Made by a program: the position numbers and the translations under genes. A DNA stretch of 24,494 bases from a virus (Duplodnaviria > Heunggongvirae > Uroviricota > Caudoviricetes): positions 1 to 24,494 of the IMG/VR virus record IMGVR_UViG_2778261179_000018; one strand, written 5' to 3'. The notes beneath the pieces are model-generated. The model saw only the letters and a list, made by a program, of their open reading frames with translations. It had not been told where the DNA came from and ran no database searches. Positions 1 through 9,037 of the stretch are shown here, piece after piece. Each line of letters starts with the position of its first letter. Position 1 is the stretch's first letter.

Positions 1-1254
1 ATGCCAAAACTCACAGACATGCAGATCCGCGCGTGGATTAAAAGCGGCGAACGATTCGAGGGGCGGGCCGATGGCGACGGCCTATATCTGAGGTTTCGAA
101 AAGAGGATAAAACTCCTTTTTGGCGGTATCGGTACAAGCTGGTGGGGAAGGCCCGCACCATGATGATCGGTTCTTATTCCGATTTTTCACTGGCAAAAGC
201 CCGAGATATAGCGAAAGAGCTATCCGCACGGGTAGCGCTCGGGTATGACGTAGCCGCAGAGAAGCAGGAGCGCAAAGCGGAGGCAATAGCGAAGATTGAG
301 GCCGAGAAGAACGCCATACACGTTTCAGAGCTCGCAGCTGAGTATTACGCCCGCCAGATAGAAACCACTTACAAACACCCGGAGCTTTTCCGCAGCAGCC
401 TGCAGAAGAATATCGTAGCCCTGATCGGGAAGATGAAGGTAGAGGACGTTCGCCCGCGGCACATTGATAGCGTCCTACAGGATGTTTTAGAGCGCGGATC
501 TCCCACGGTAGCTAATGATGTACTTCGCATGCTCAAACGCCTGTTTGATTATGCTGTGGTGCGTGGAATGATAGAGGTTAACCCGGCGATATCCTTTGGT
601 TCCAAAGATGCAGGCGGGAAGGAGCAGGGGCGCAAACGTGCGTTAAGCCGTGATGAGCTGGTTATGTTCTTCAAGGCGCTACGCCGCGGCCGCGGAATCA
701 GTAGAGAGAATGAGCTGACGTTCAAGATTATTCTGGCGCTTGGGGTGCGTAAAATGGAGTTGTGCGCCGCCGAATGGTCGGAGTTCGACCTTGATAACGA
801 GGTGTGGCACCTCCCTGGCTCGCGGGCAAAGAATGGTGATGACATCGATATTCCGCTGCCGGCGCCAGTGATCGAATGGATTAAAGAGATTCGACTTTTC
901 GCCGGCGATAGCCGTTGGTTAATTCCGGCCAGACGCGCCAGAACAACGGCTCACGTTAGCCGGGCCACGCTGAATATGGTTATGCCGTCCGTTTTGAAAG
1001 AAATGGCTGACGTAGAGCCGTTCAGTATCCACGACCTACGGCGCACCATGCGTACGCAGATGGCGGCAATAGGTATTGACCCAGTAATAGCTGAGCGCTG
1101 CTTAAACCACAAAATACCTGGCATAGAGGGCATTTATAACCGTCACCAGTATTTTGATGAGCGTAAAGCGGCTTTGGCTCAATGGGCTGATCTGCTAGTG
1201 GCATTGGAAAGCGGTGAAGATTACAACGTAACACCGCTAAGAAAAACGAATTAA
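1..1254 (+). CDS. int: Tyrosine recombinase / phage integrase, P4-type (IntA/IntS-like)
   Basis: N-terminal arm-binding signature (MPKLTD..IRAWIKSG...DGDGLYLRF...WRYRYK) and C-terminal catalytic region (HDLRRTMRTQM ... GIYNRHQY) typical of P4-family integrases; 417 aa. Sits at window start, so the tRNA/tmRNA target is presumably just upstream and not visible. Confidence 0.9.
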   Translation: MPKLTDMQIRAWIKSGERFEGRADGDGLYLRFRKEDKTPFWRYRYKLVGKARTMMIGSYSDFSLAKARDIAKELSARVALGYDVAAEKQERKAEAIAKIEAEKNAIHVSELAAEYYARQIETTYKHPELFRSSLQKNIVALIGKMKVEDVRPRHIDSVLQDVLERGSPTVANDVLRMLKRLFDYAVVRGMIEVNPAISFGSKDAGGKEQGRKRALSRDELVMFFKALRRGRGISRENELTFKIILALGVRKMELCAAEWSEFDLDNEVWHLPGSRAKNGDDIDIPLPAPVIEWIKEIRLFAGDSRWLIPARRARTTAHVSRATLNMVMPSVLKEMADVEPFSIHDLRRTMRTQMAAIGIDPVIAERCLNHKIPGIEGIYNRHQYFDERKAALAQWADLLVALESGEDYNVTPLRKTN

Positions 1255-1346
1255 ATGGACAGGTTGAGCCTAATCCGACGGGGTGAAAAGCGGAAGCCTT
1301 ACCGCCTGGCTCAATTTTCTAAGGTATTGCGTGAAAAGGTAACGTA

Positions 1347-2306
1347 ATGACAAATGAAAGTAGCACCAATGTATGGGAAAAGAACAACATTCCCGCCCTT
1401 GAGTATTGCACATTGCCCAGAGCAGCAGAAATCCTAACCTGCAAAGTTTCCGACTTGATACACCTTGCAGAAATTGGCGCAATTGAGTTTTGCATAGCAC
1501 TCAGAGAGTTTGAAGCCTCGCTACTCCTCCCTTTTGATTGGCGAGATTCTTCTGAATGGGAAGAAAGATTTCCAGGCCTGCATCACTCCGTGCATAAATC
1601 AGCACTTAGTAGATTTAGGCCTAAGGCAAGCTTAAGTTATTCAACGGAACTTTCAGAAAAACACATAACCTACCATTATCAAAATGAAGATTCGCCAGGC
1701 CTTAGGCGACCTCTGATATTTATATCTGGACTGTGGTCATTATCAGTCACCAATGCTGAAATTTCATTTTTTCGGAAATTATCTATAAATCAAGAGGTTT
1801 CATTAACTGCTTTAGATTTTCTGCTTAAAGAAGCAGATGTGCCGTTCATAAATAATACAAGCACTGGTAGTGATGAGGTGATATTTGTATCACCTCCGAC
1901 AGAGCATTTGTATCCTGACGGTGGATTTCTTGATGAAAGTAAATTAAAGAATATAGCCACGCTGACCATTAATGATATTTTTTTAACAAAAAAGCAAATT
2001 GAAAAAATCTCCAATGGGCTAGGGGTGGAATTACCTAACTATATTAATGGTGGGGTAATTAAGCCAACAAAAGGAGTTGATGATAGCGAACAATATGCTT
2101 GCAATGTAAATCAGAATAAGGTCGGTGAATTTATTGAAATGTTAATTCGATGCGTACCAGAATTAGGTGATGAAGCGATAAACACAAGCGTAAATAATCG
2201 ATACAACATCTTGAAGGCATTCCTTGAGCAAAAACAGAGAGAGGGTAAGTTCACAGATATGAGAATGCCAAGTTCGGCGACTATAGAAAAGTACTTCAAA
2301 ATTTGA
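1347..2306 (+). CDS. Hypothetical protein, AT-rich cargo ORF; N-terminal segment looks HTH-like (TLPRAAEILTCKVSDLIHLAEIG)
   Basis: 319-aa ORF with RBS-like AAGGTAA upstream; visibly AT-rich codon usage unlike the flanking int and alpA genes; no family recognised by eye. Confidence 0.6.
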   Translation: MTNESSTNVWEKNNIPALEYCTLPRAAEILTCKVSDLIHLAEIGAIEFCIALREFEASLLLPFDWRDSSEWEERFPGLHHSVHKSALSRFRPKASLSYSTELSEKHITYHYQNEDSPGLRRPLIFISGLWSLSVTNAEISFFRKLSINQEVSLTALDFLLKEADVPFINNTSTGSDEVIFVSPPTEHLYPDGGFLDESKLKNIATLTINDIFLTKKQIEKISNGLGVELPNYINGGVIKPTKGVDDSEQYACNVNQNKVGEFIEMLIRCVPELGDEAINTSVNNRYNILKAFLEQKQREGKFTDMRMPSSATIEKYFKI

Positions 2307-2357
2307 AACGGAGAGTTTTAAATTTGCAACACTAACGACGGAATATCACCTTTAATT

Positions 2358-2396
2358 CCTGTAACGAAGCAACAACGCTCATACAGGAGTTACAGG
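2358..2396. promoter_or_regulatory. Perfect 8-bp inverted repeat CCTGTAAC / GTTACAGG immediately upstream of alpA, overlapping its RBS
   Basis: CCTGTAAC at 2358-2365 and its reverse complement GTTACAGG at 2389-2396, ending 4 bp before the alpA ATG; candidate operator or RBS-sequestering hairpin. Confidence 0.3.
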
Positions 2397-2400
2397 AAGC

Positions 2401-2604
2401 ATGTTCACAGACACTATCCCCACCAAAGGTTACATCCGCCGCTTTCGCCTAGCCAAACTGCTGGGCGTTAGCGTATCCACTATCGACCGTAAAGTGCGCA
2501 ACGGCTCACTCCCGCGCCCGGTGAAACTGGGTGATAAGATTACCGCATTTGATGCGGTGGAGATACATAACTGGCTGGCAGAATGCCGCGGGAAGGTGGC
2601 CTGA
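2401..2604 (+). CDS. alpA: AlpA-family transcriptional regulator / excisionase-like HTH protein
   Basis: 67 aa; LAKLLGVSVSTIDRKVRNGSLPRPVKLGDK..AF...EI..WL matches the AlpA/phage Xis-like HTH pattern; RBS AGGAAG upstream; int-ORF-alpA arrangement as in CP4-57-type islands. Confidence 0.85.
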   Translation: MFTDTIPTKGYIRRFRLAKLLGVSVSTIDRKVRNGSLPRPVKLGDKITAFDAVEIHNWLAECRGKVA

Positions 2605-3038
2605 TGAAAAAAGAAAACCGCCCCGGACAGCAGGCGGCTAACACAGATAATCGCGGATCTGATGTTACGCCAGCCACCAGCTACAAACAAGCCCCACGAC
2701 GCACACCGAAGAAGCATCGCGCCCGCGTTTATATGCTGCGTACCGGCGTTGAGGGATGGACAGAGAACGATATCTTGCGCTACTGCCGGCTTTCTTCTGG
2801 CCGGAACTACGCCACAGAGCTGGAACGTGAACTGAGTATTTGCCTGGAACGTCTGGAAGAGAAAAATCCGGATGGGATCGGCGCTCATATGCGTTACCGC
2901 TTTGCGTGCCGCAACGATGTGATGAAGGTTATCCAGTTCGTTAACCACATGGCCGCTATTAATCAGCACCGTGGGCTTTCTGTGCAGGATATTACCGACA
3001 TTCTGAACCTCTACCCGGACAACCTCACCGCCGCATAA
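2604..3038 (+). CDS. Hypothetical protein (island-associated, basic N-terminus)
   Basis: ORF-track frame 2583..3038; start chosen at ATG 2604, which overlaps the alpA stop (TGATG coupling). No recognisable domain. Confidence 0.55.
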   Translation: MKKENRPGQQAANTDNRGSDVTPATSYKQAPRRTPKKHRARVYMLRTGVEGWTENDILRYCRLSSGRNYATELERELSICLERLEEKNPDGIGAHMRYRFACRNDVMKVIQFVNHMAAINQHRGLSVQDITDILNLYPDNLTAA

Positions 3039-3051
3039 CGGAGCCTGACAA

Positions 3052-3861
3052 ATGAAAATCGAAAAAAGCCGATTCAATTCGGAGGCCGCCCCTCAACCTG
3101 ACGTTAACCAGGGCGTAATTAACGGTAACGACTTTGCCGCTGTTGTCCCTGTTATTTCCGGTCAGATTGGCGGGCGCGAAACCAATATGGCGAGCGCTAG
3201 AGCACTGCATAAAGCGCTGGGCGTGGGTCGAGACTTCACCACCTGGATTAAAGGGCGCATTAGTCAGTATGGTTTTGCCGCAGGTGTAGATTACATCACC
3301 GTTGAAAATTTGAGCTCACCCGTTTCGGGGAGCGCAAAATTTCGCCAGCAAATCGAGCATGATTACCTTCTCTCGCTGAACATGGCTAAAGAAGTGGCAA
3401 TGGTTGAACGCAACGAACAGGGCCGCGCCGTCCGCCGCTATTTCATCCAGTGCGAGGAAGCGTTACAGCTGAGTGCGCCAGAAATCGCCGCGAAGTACCG
3501 CCGTCACCTCAAAGCCCGCATTGGTGCTGCCAACCTCTTTAAGCCGATGTGCGCTGCTCTGGATGCTGCTCGCGCAGAACAGGGGAAAGAGACGCAAGGC
3601 CGCCACTACAGCAACGAAAGCAACATGATCGCCCGCATCGTGCTGGGTGGCATGACCGCTAAGCAGTGGGCGCAGGTGAACGGTATAGACGGCGAACCTC
3701 GCGATAGCATGAGTGCCGGCCAACTGGAGCACCTCAGCTATCTGGAGAGCACCAACATCACGTTGATCGATATGGGTATGCAGTACAACCAGCGCAAAGC
3801 GGAATTAACCCGCCTGTCTCAGCGCTGGCTGGCTAAACGCATGGGGGTTAACGATGAATAA
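3052..3861 (+). CDS. Phage antirepressor (AntA-like N-terminal domain with KilAC-like C-terminal region)
   Basis: Motif ARALHKALGVGRDFTTWIKGRISQYGFAAGVDYI resembles the AntA/AntB antirepressor domain; 269 aa; RBS GGAG upstream. Confidence 0.7.
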   Translation: MKIEKSRFNSEAAPQPDVNQGVINGNDFAAVVPVISGQIGGRETNMASARALHKALGVGRDFTTWIKGRISQYGFAAGVDYITVENLSSPVSGSAKFRQQIEHDYLLSLNMAKEVAMVERNEQGRAVRRYFIQCEEALQLSAPEIAAKYRRHLKARIGAANLFKPMCAALDAARAEQGKETQGRHYSNESNMIARIVLGGMTAKQWAQVNGIDGEPRDSMSAGQLEHLSYLESTNITLIDMGMQYNQRKAELTRLSQRWLAKRMGVNDE

Positions 3862-4057
3862 GCCCACCAGCACGCGGACGCATCTGGCGTCATTTTATGC
3901 CGGAGATCGAGACAGCGGGAGAGCACCCTATCAGCAGAATAATTCGCTGAAAAATGAGGGGTGCGTCAGCGGGCCTAACGCGGGAAATTCTGGCGTGTTC
4001 AAATTGGCCGGATTTTATGGTTGTTTGCTGGTGGTGATCGGTAACGGTGCCGACCGC

Positions 4058-4088
4058 CAAAAGAAAAAGGGCAGGATTCTGCCCTTTG
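4058..4088 (-). terminator. Rho-independent terminator for the minus-strand RHH gene
   Basis: On the minus strand: AAGGGCAG-aatc-CTGCCCTT hairpin followed by TTTCTTTT; preceded by a second hairpin AAAGCCC-gaatca-GGGCTTT (plus coordinates 4091-4112) right after the gene stop. Confidence 0.5.
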
Positions 4089-4116
4089 GTACCAAAGCCC
4101 TGATTCGGGCTTTGAG

Positions 4117-4296
4117 TCATTCCGATTCTTTGGGCTTCTTGCGCTGCCGGCGTTTGATCTCGCCCTTTGCAGCCGTAATCAGAAATCCGGCCGTACTTTC
4201 ACCCTCTTCTTTCAGTTTCTCTATCTCTTCCAAATCATCGAGAGGGAGTCTTACCGAAAGCTGTAGGGAGCGATTGTTCTTCCTACCTGTTGCCAT
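4117..4296 (-). CDS. Small ribbon-helix-helix (CopG/Arc-like) DNA-binding protein, putative regulator
   Basis: Minus-strand ORF (track 4117..4335); start taken at MATGRKNNRSLQLSVRLPLDDLEEIEKL... with RBS AAGAGG 8 nt upstream; beta-strand then helix pattern (LSVRLP / DDLEEIEKLKEEG) typical of RHH. Confidence 0.5.
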   Translation of the reverse strand: MATGRKNNRSLQLSVRLPLDDLEEIEKLKEEGESTAGFLITAAKGEIKRRQRKKPKESE

Positions 4297-4316
4297 TACT
4301 GAAACCTCTTGCCTTA

Positions 4317-4400
4317 GGTGGTGTTCAGTATACACATCAAAATTGATAATAAAACACTTGAAGTGGTGTTCACTAGGTTATACAGTGGTGGTGTTCACCT
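4317..4400. repeat. Three direct iterons GTGGTGTTCA(C/G); third copy contains TGTTCACC
   Basis: GGTGGTGTTCAGT 4317-4329, GTGGTGTTCACT 4363-4374, GTGGTGGTGTTCACC 4386-4400, in the divergent region between the RHH gene and the rightward small-ORF/primase operon. Confidence 0.6.
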
Positions 4401-4717
4401 TATCCACAGCTAAAGCACAGGTAAGGCACAAAACGGCGAAGCCCAGAGGTGCGCCAACACCTTCCGGGCTCCTGACCACCAGCGATAGAATCAGTATCGA
4501 GGTAGCTATGTCAAATCGTATCACACCCCTGACCGGGCGGCATCGCTCAGCCCTAATTTATTCCTCAGGCGCTTTCTGGCGCTCAACCGCCACGACAAAA
4601 AGGCCAGGCCCTGCCGCCTGTCCGTCGAGGCCGCAACCGAACGTGAAGCCCGCCGTATTCTGGCGCCGCACTTCATCCTTTCTCTGGCTGCTCGCCTGCC
4701 GCTGGTGGGGGTGCGTC

Positions 4718-4897
4718 ATGCTTAAAACCTTCCAGATTGACGGGTACGCGGTTAATAAGCGCGGTAACACCGTCGGCATTCACTACACCCTGACCAGCGA
4801 CAGCCCGGATACAGCCAAATCAACCGCGCAACTACTGGCGCAGCAGGGCGGCTATCAGCACGTTCGCATTACCCGCGTTCAGGAGGTAGCAGCATGA
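4718..4897 (+). CDS. Hypothetical small protein (start uncertain)
   Basis: C-terminal part of track ORF 3854..4897; MLKTFQIDGYAVNKRGNTVGIHY... looks protein-like, whereas the upstream part of the same frame is R/W/C/P-rich and overlaps the iterons and the minus-strand RHH gene. Stop overlaps the next start. Confidence 0.4.
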   Translation: MLKTFQIDGYAVNKRGNTVGIHYTLTSDSPDTAKSTAQLLAQQGGYQHVRITRVQEVAA

Positions 4898-5157
4898 AAA
4901 TTAACACCATCTGTCGCCATCCTGCAGAGCTTGAGGCCGAGGCAATGTTATTCCGTAAACAGCCTTACCCTGACTCTTTCTCGCTGGCAGAGCGTACCGC
5001 GGAACGCATGACCCGCGCCCGCAATGGTCTGGCTCACATTATGACAGAGCTGGCACCACGCCTCGACGATGAGCAAGCGGCCATCGTGCATTGCTGGCTG
5101 GATAAAGTCCTGGCGATTGTCGATATAACCCGAATTGATGCAGAGGCCAGTTTATGA
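4894..5157 (+). CDS. Hypothetical protein
   Basis: 87 aa; strong RBS AGGAGG upstream; translationally coupled to the next ORF (ATGA overlap). Confidence 0.6.
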   Translation: MKINTICRHPAELEAEAMLFRKQPYPDSFSLAERTAERMTRARNGLAHIMTELAPRLDDEQAAIVHCWLDKVLAIVDITRIDAEASL

Positions 5158-5375
5158 GCGGAAAAATCACGATGAAAAGAGATGTTTTCGAGGTCATCAC
5201 TGATGCTGAGCATGCCATTGGCTACTCCAACCAGGCGCTGGCGGTTCTTGACCTATGGCTGGATAGCGTGGGCATTGAAGACGATACCGAAGCGAACCGT
5301 ATCGCGGCGGTTCACAGCCTTGTGTGTGAGTCTCTGACCTGGCTTAAAAAAGCAGCCGGTATTAACGAGGAATAA
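5154..5375 (+). CDS. Hypothetical protein
   Basis: 73 aa; ATGA overlap with the upstream ORF. Confidence 0.55.
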   Translation: MSGKITMKRDVFEVITDAEHAIGYSNQALAVLDLWLDSVGIEDDTEANRIAAVHSLVCESLTWLKKAAGINEE

Positions 5376-5380
5376 AAATC

Positions 5381-5602
5381 ATGGTGAAAAATAATTCTGG
5401 CTCATCTGCCAGTGGTCTCGCTCACCCTGAAATCCTCCACGGCGATAAATGGGCAGATAAAAGCGGTGTACGGGTAATTATCGAAAGCTGCCGGTTCAAC
5501 AGAGTTAAATTTTACCGCGAAGGCTATCAGTCGCCGTGTATTTACCCCGAGCAGCGGTTTATCAAAGAGTTTTCACTAATACAGGGGGCCGTCCATGAAT
5601 AA
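5381..5602 (+). CDS. Hypothetical protein
   Basis: 73 aa; RBS GAGGAA 9 nt upstream; overlaps the next start by 8 bp. Confidence 0.45.
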   Translation: MVKNNSGSSASGLAHPEILHGDKWADKSGVRVIIESCRFNRVKFYREGYQSPCIYPEQRFIKEFSLIQGAVHE

Positions 5603-6167
5603 ACAATCTTATCCGGAAGCTGGCCCCGATGGCGTTATTACCGGCTCCGGGCTGGTGAGCTTTCTTTCGGTAACGGAAAGCCTTAGCCGCGGTGATTATG
5701 ACCGCAACCCGGAGGAAGGCATGGGTCTTGCCTGTGCCGCGCTGGATGGCGTGGCCCTGACGTGGTTCGCGGCAGCGCCAGAACAACATGCTGCTCTCTG
5801 GCGGTGGATTGTTGCGGCGGCATTTGTCGAGGAACAGGTGAAAAATAACGGAAATATCGACGTGATGTGCGAAGATGGCCGCAAAGTTAAGGCAGCTGTC
5901 TATGCCGGGAAATGCGGCGCTATAACCGTTTACCCGGTAGCGGAGCGTGTTGCTCTGGCAAGCCAGGTTGAGGGGTACGCTTTACAGAAATACGGTACTA
6001 CAACGGGTATGGATCTGGCTATCCAGCATTACCAGACGATGCTCGAATGGCGTGATGGCATTTACTGCCTGTCAGATCATGGCCGGGATATTCTTTCCGA
6101 TCTGCACGACAACCTTATCGCCACCATTCACGCCAGTGGTGTTCCTGCGATGCCAACGGAGCACTAA
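5595..6167 (+). CDS. Hypothetical protein
   Basis: 190 aa; RBS AGGGGG upstream; sits directly before the primase in the same operon. Confidence 0.6.
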   Translation: MNKQSYPEAGPDGVITGSGLVSFLSVTESLSRGDYDRNPEEGMGLACAALDGVALTWFAAAPEQHAALWRWIVAAAFVEEQVKNNGNIDVMCEDGRKVKAAVYAGKCGAITVYPVAERVALASQVEGYALQKYGTTTGMDLAIQHYQTMLEWRDGIYCLSDHGRDILSDLHDNLIATIHASGVPAMPTEH

Positions 6168-6171
6168 GCGT

Positions 6172-8856
6172 ATGAAGCGTGCAATTGAGCTTATCCACGA
6201 AGTGAAGCGCCGAACTGCCGGAAGCTGGGAAAGTGTGCTGCCGCAGTGCGGGGTGACGGTTCCGCCGAAAGGTCGTCACGGACCCTGCGCCATCTGCGGC
6301 GGTTCTGACCGCTTTCACTTTATTGACGACCACGGCGGCGGCGAGTGGCATTGTCGCCAGTGTGACGAACCGAATCATGGCGACGGTCTGGATCTCATCG
6401 CCAGAGCGCACGGTATTACCATAACCGCAGCGGCGCAGAAGGTGGCCTCTGTGTTGGGTGTAGATGCCCGGACACCGGAACCGAAGTCGGCCAGAGAGAA
6501 GCCTCAAACGGATATCGCCGGGAAAGTCGCCGGGATGGCCGCTAAAGCTGCGTCCGGACAGTCAGCCTATCTCACATCAAAGGGGCTTCAGTGCCCCTTC
6601 CCGTTGATGCCTGACGGGTCGCTGCTGATGGTGCTGAAAAACGGCGCTGGCGCTGTCACCGGCGCACAGGGGATTAAGCCAGACGGCAATAAGCGGCTGG
6701 TGGCCGGAACGGTGAAGAAAGGCTCCTTCTGTGTGGTTAATTCCGTTGAATCGCCGGAAAAGGTGGTTATCGCTGAAGGACTGGCAACCACGCTCTCAGT
6801 TAACCTGATGCGGCCCGATGCGCTGGCTGTCGTTGCCGTTGATGCCGGGAACCTGCTGCCCGTAGCGGAGGTTATGCGCCGGCGATACCCTGAGGCGCGG
6901 ATCATTATCGCTGCCGATAACGACATAAAGCCGGGAGAGCCAAACACAGGCAAAGAGGCTGCGGATAAAGCTGCTAAAGCCGTCTCTGGCTGGGTGGCTT
7001 TACCGCCAACAGTGAAAAAGGCCGACTGGAACGACTACCACCAGCAGCATGGCCTGGAAGCCGCTACAACGGCGTTTAAGAATTCGATGTATCAACCGCA
7101 GGAGCCTGAAGTGTCCGCGAGACTGCAAGTGATCAACGGAGGGAAGAAAGGCGCATCAAAACCTGAATCTCTGCGATCTCATGTCGAAAGCCGTGCTGAC
7201 GGTATTTTTTGGGTTGAGCCAAAATCAGACAAAGATACCGGGGAAATAACTACCCGTGAAAGCTGGCTGTGTTCTGCTCTGGAGGTCATAGGTACTGGCA
7301 TAGATGACAGTAAAACCCGGTATCTGATCCTGCGCTGGCGCCCATTCGGTTCGAAGGGGGATACTGTCCAGGCAATACCATTTGCTGATATCGGTGAACG
7401 CGAAGGCTGGCGAACGCTCAAGGCTGGTGGGGTGAACGTCACAACCAAAAGTGGTTTACGTGCAACGTTGGCCGACTGGCTGCAGAGCTGTGCCAATGGT
7501 GAGGTATGGCGCATTGCGCATGCTACGGGCTGGCAGTGTGGCGCCTACATCATGCCTGATGGCGAGATCATTGGTACTCCAGATCAACCGGTGCTGTTTA
7601 ACGGACGAAGTTCTGCCGCATCCGGTTATACCACCAGCGGTACTGTTGAGAGCTGGCGAGAGTGCGTTGGACGTCTGGCCTTTGGCAACTACTCGATGAT
7701 GACTGGCGTGGCCGCAGCGCTGGCAGCTCCTTTGATTGGCCTTGCCGGCGCTGATGGTTTTGGTATCCATCTCTATGAGCAGTCGAGCGCGGGTAAGACC
7801 ACCACTGCCAATGTGGCCTCCAGTCTCTATGGCAATCCGGATGTGCTACGCCTCACCTGGTACGGTACTGCGCTGGGGCTGGCGAACGAAGCCGCCGCAC
7901 ATAACGATGCGCTGATGCCGCTTGACGAAATTGGCCAGGGTGCTGACCCGGTGGAGGTCTACAAATCGGCATACGCACTGTTTAACGGCACGGGTAAGCT
8001 GCAGGGAGCGAAGGAAGGCGGAAACCGTGACCTGAAGCGCTGGCGTACTGTGGCCATCAGTACCGGTGAGATGGATCTGGAAACCTTCATCGCGAGCGCC
8101 GGTCGCAAGGCTAAAGCAGGCCAGCTGGTTCGCCTGCTGAATATCCCGATGCGCCGGGCTGTTCGTTTCCATGAACATGCCAACGGCAAACACCATGCCG
8201 ATGCCCTCAAAGATGCATACCAGCATCACCACGGAGTGGCTGGGCGTGAGTGGGTGAAGTGGCTGGCGGACCACCAGCACGAGGCTGTAAGCGCTGTCAG
8301 GGCAGCGGAAGAGCGCTGGCGTAGCCTGATCCCGTCGGATTACGGGGAGCAGGTCCATCGTGTTGGCGCCCGGTTTGCCATTCTGGAGGCCGCACTATTG
8401 TTAGGTAATGTGATCACCGGCTGGGATGAGCAGACGTGTCGGGATGCCATTCAGTACAGCTATAACGCCTGGCTGCGCGAGTTTGGTACCGGCAATAAAG
8501 AACACCAGCAAATTATCGAGCAGACAGAGGCATTCCTGAACGCCTACGGGATGAGCCGTTTTGCACCGTTCCCATATGACCCGACTAGCCTCCCTATCTC
8601 CAACATGGCGGGATACCGGCAGAAAGGCGGGCACGAGACTGACCCGATAGTGTTCTACACCTTCCCGGCAGCCTTCGAAGGGGAGATCGCCCGCGGCTTT
8701 AACTCCCGTCAGTTTGCGGAGGTATTGAAGAAAGCTGGCATGCTGACGCCACCGACTTCAGGCCGGGGATTCCAGAGAAAGTCGCCACGCATTGATGGGC
8801 GACAGATTCGGGTTTATGTCCTGCAGTATCTGCCGGACGACGACCAGCCAGAGTAA
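6172..8856 (+). CDS. Primase-helicase (zinc-binding domain + Toprim + P-loop NTPase; P4 alpha / DUF927-type)
   Basis: Start at MKRAIELIHEV (track ORF begins earlier at 5947 but overlaps the upstream gene). Zinc finger CAICGGSDRFHF...HCRQCD; Toprim acidic motifs VVIAEGLATT and IIIAADNDIKPGE; P-loop-like YEQSSAGKTTT; about 894 aa. Confidence 0.85.
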   Translation: MKRAIELIHEVKRRTAGSWESVLPQCGVTVPPKGRHGPCAICGGSDRFHFIDDHGGGEWHCRQCDEPNHGDGLDLIARAHGITITAAAQKVASVLGVDARTPEPKSAREKPQTDIAGKVAGMAAKAASGQSAYLTSKGLQCPFPLMPDGSLLMVLKNGAGAVTGAQGIKPDGNKRLVAGTVKKGSFCVVNSVESPEKVVIAEGLATTLSVNLMRPDALAVVAVDAGNLLPVAEVMRRRYPEARIIIAADNDIKPGEPNTGKEAADKAAKAVSGWVALPPTVKKADWNDYHQQHGLEAATTAFKNSMYQPQEPEVSARLQVINGGKKGASKPESLRSHVESRADGIFWVEPKSDKDTGEITTRESWLCSALEVIGTGIDDSKTRYLILRWRPFGSKGDTVQAIPFADIGEREGWRTLKAGGVNVTTKSGLRATLADWLQSCANGEVWRIAHATGWQCGAYIMPDGEIIGTPDQPVLFNGRSSAASGYTTSGTVESWRECVGRLAFGNYSMMTGVAAALAAPLIGLAGADGFGIHLYEQSSAGKTTTANVASSLYGNPDVLRLTWYGTALGLANEAAAHNDALMPLDEIGQGADPVEVYKSAYALFNGTGKLQGAKEGGNRDLKRWRTVAISTGEMDLETFIASAGRKAKAGQLVRLLNIPMRRAVRFHEHANGKHHADALKDAYQHHHGVAGREWVKWLADHQHEAVSAVRAAEERWRSLIPSDYGEQVHRVGARFAILEAALLLGNVITGWDEQTCRDAIQYSYNAWLREFGTGNKEHQQIIEQTEAFLNAYGMSRFAPFPYDPTSLPISNMAGYRQKGGHETDPIVFYTFPAAFEGEIARGFNSRQFAEVLKKAGMLTPPTSGRGFQRKSPRIDGRQIRVYVLQYLPDDDQPE

Positions 8857-8886
8857 AAGCATTCTTCCATGTGTGTAGTTTAGGTG

Positions 8887-8996
8887 TTGGTTCAGTTGGT
8901 TCAGTTGCCTCAGTAGTTATATATATCTGTTTAATAAGGGTTCTGGTTTAAAAAATGAACCAACATTGAGGCAACAAACGGGCATTTTGAACCAAC
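8887..8996. repeat. Iteron cluster flanking an AT-rich spacer; candidate replication origin
   Basis: GTTGGTTCA at 8887 and 8896, GTTGCCTCA at 8905, AT-rich 8914-8955, then inverted copies TGAACCAAC at 8956 and 8988 and TGAGGCAAC at 8967; immediately downstream of the primase-helicase gene. Confidence 0.55.
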
Positions 8997-9037
8997 ACAG
9001 AATCAGGTACAGGGCATCAGAAGAGAGGATCACAGCT

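Noticed and set aside
3854-4897. 347-aa plus-strand ORF spanning the antirepressor-to-small-ORF gap
   Set aside because: No RBS; R/W/C/P-rich low-complexity translation; runs across the minus-strand RHH gene, its terminator hairpins and the iteron cluster. Only the last 59 codons (4718-4897) look protein-like.
5947-6171. Upstream extension of the primase ORF (track start 5947)
   Set aside because: It overlaps the 3' end of the preceding gene in another frame and its translation is not protein-like; the ATG at 6172 begins the conserved zinc-finger N-terminus.
8882-8996. Possible CRISPR array, given the short repeats
   Set aside because: The repeats are 9-mers in both orientations around an AT-rich core, not regularly spaced identical direct repeats with unique spacers, and there are no cas genes.
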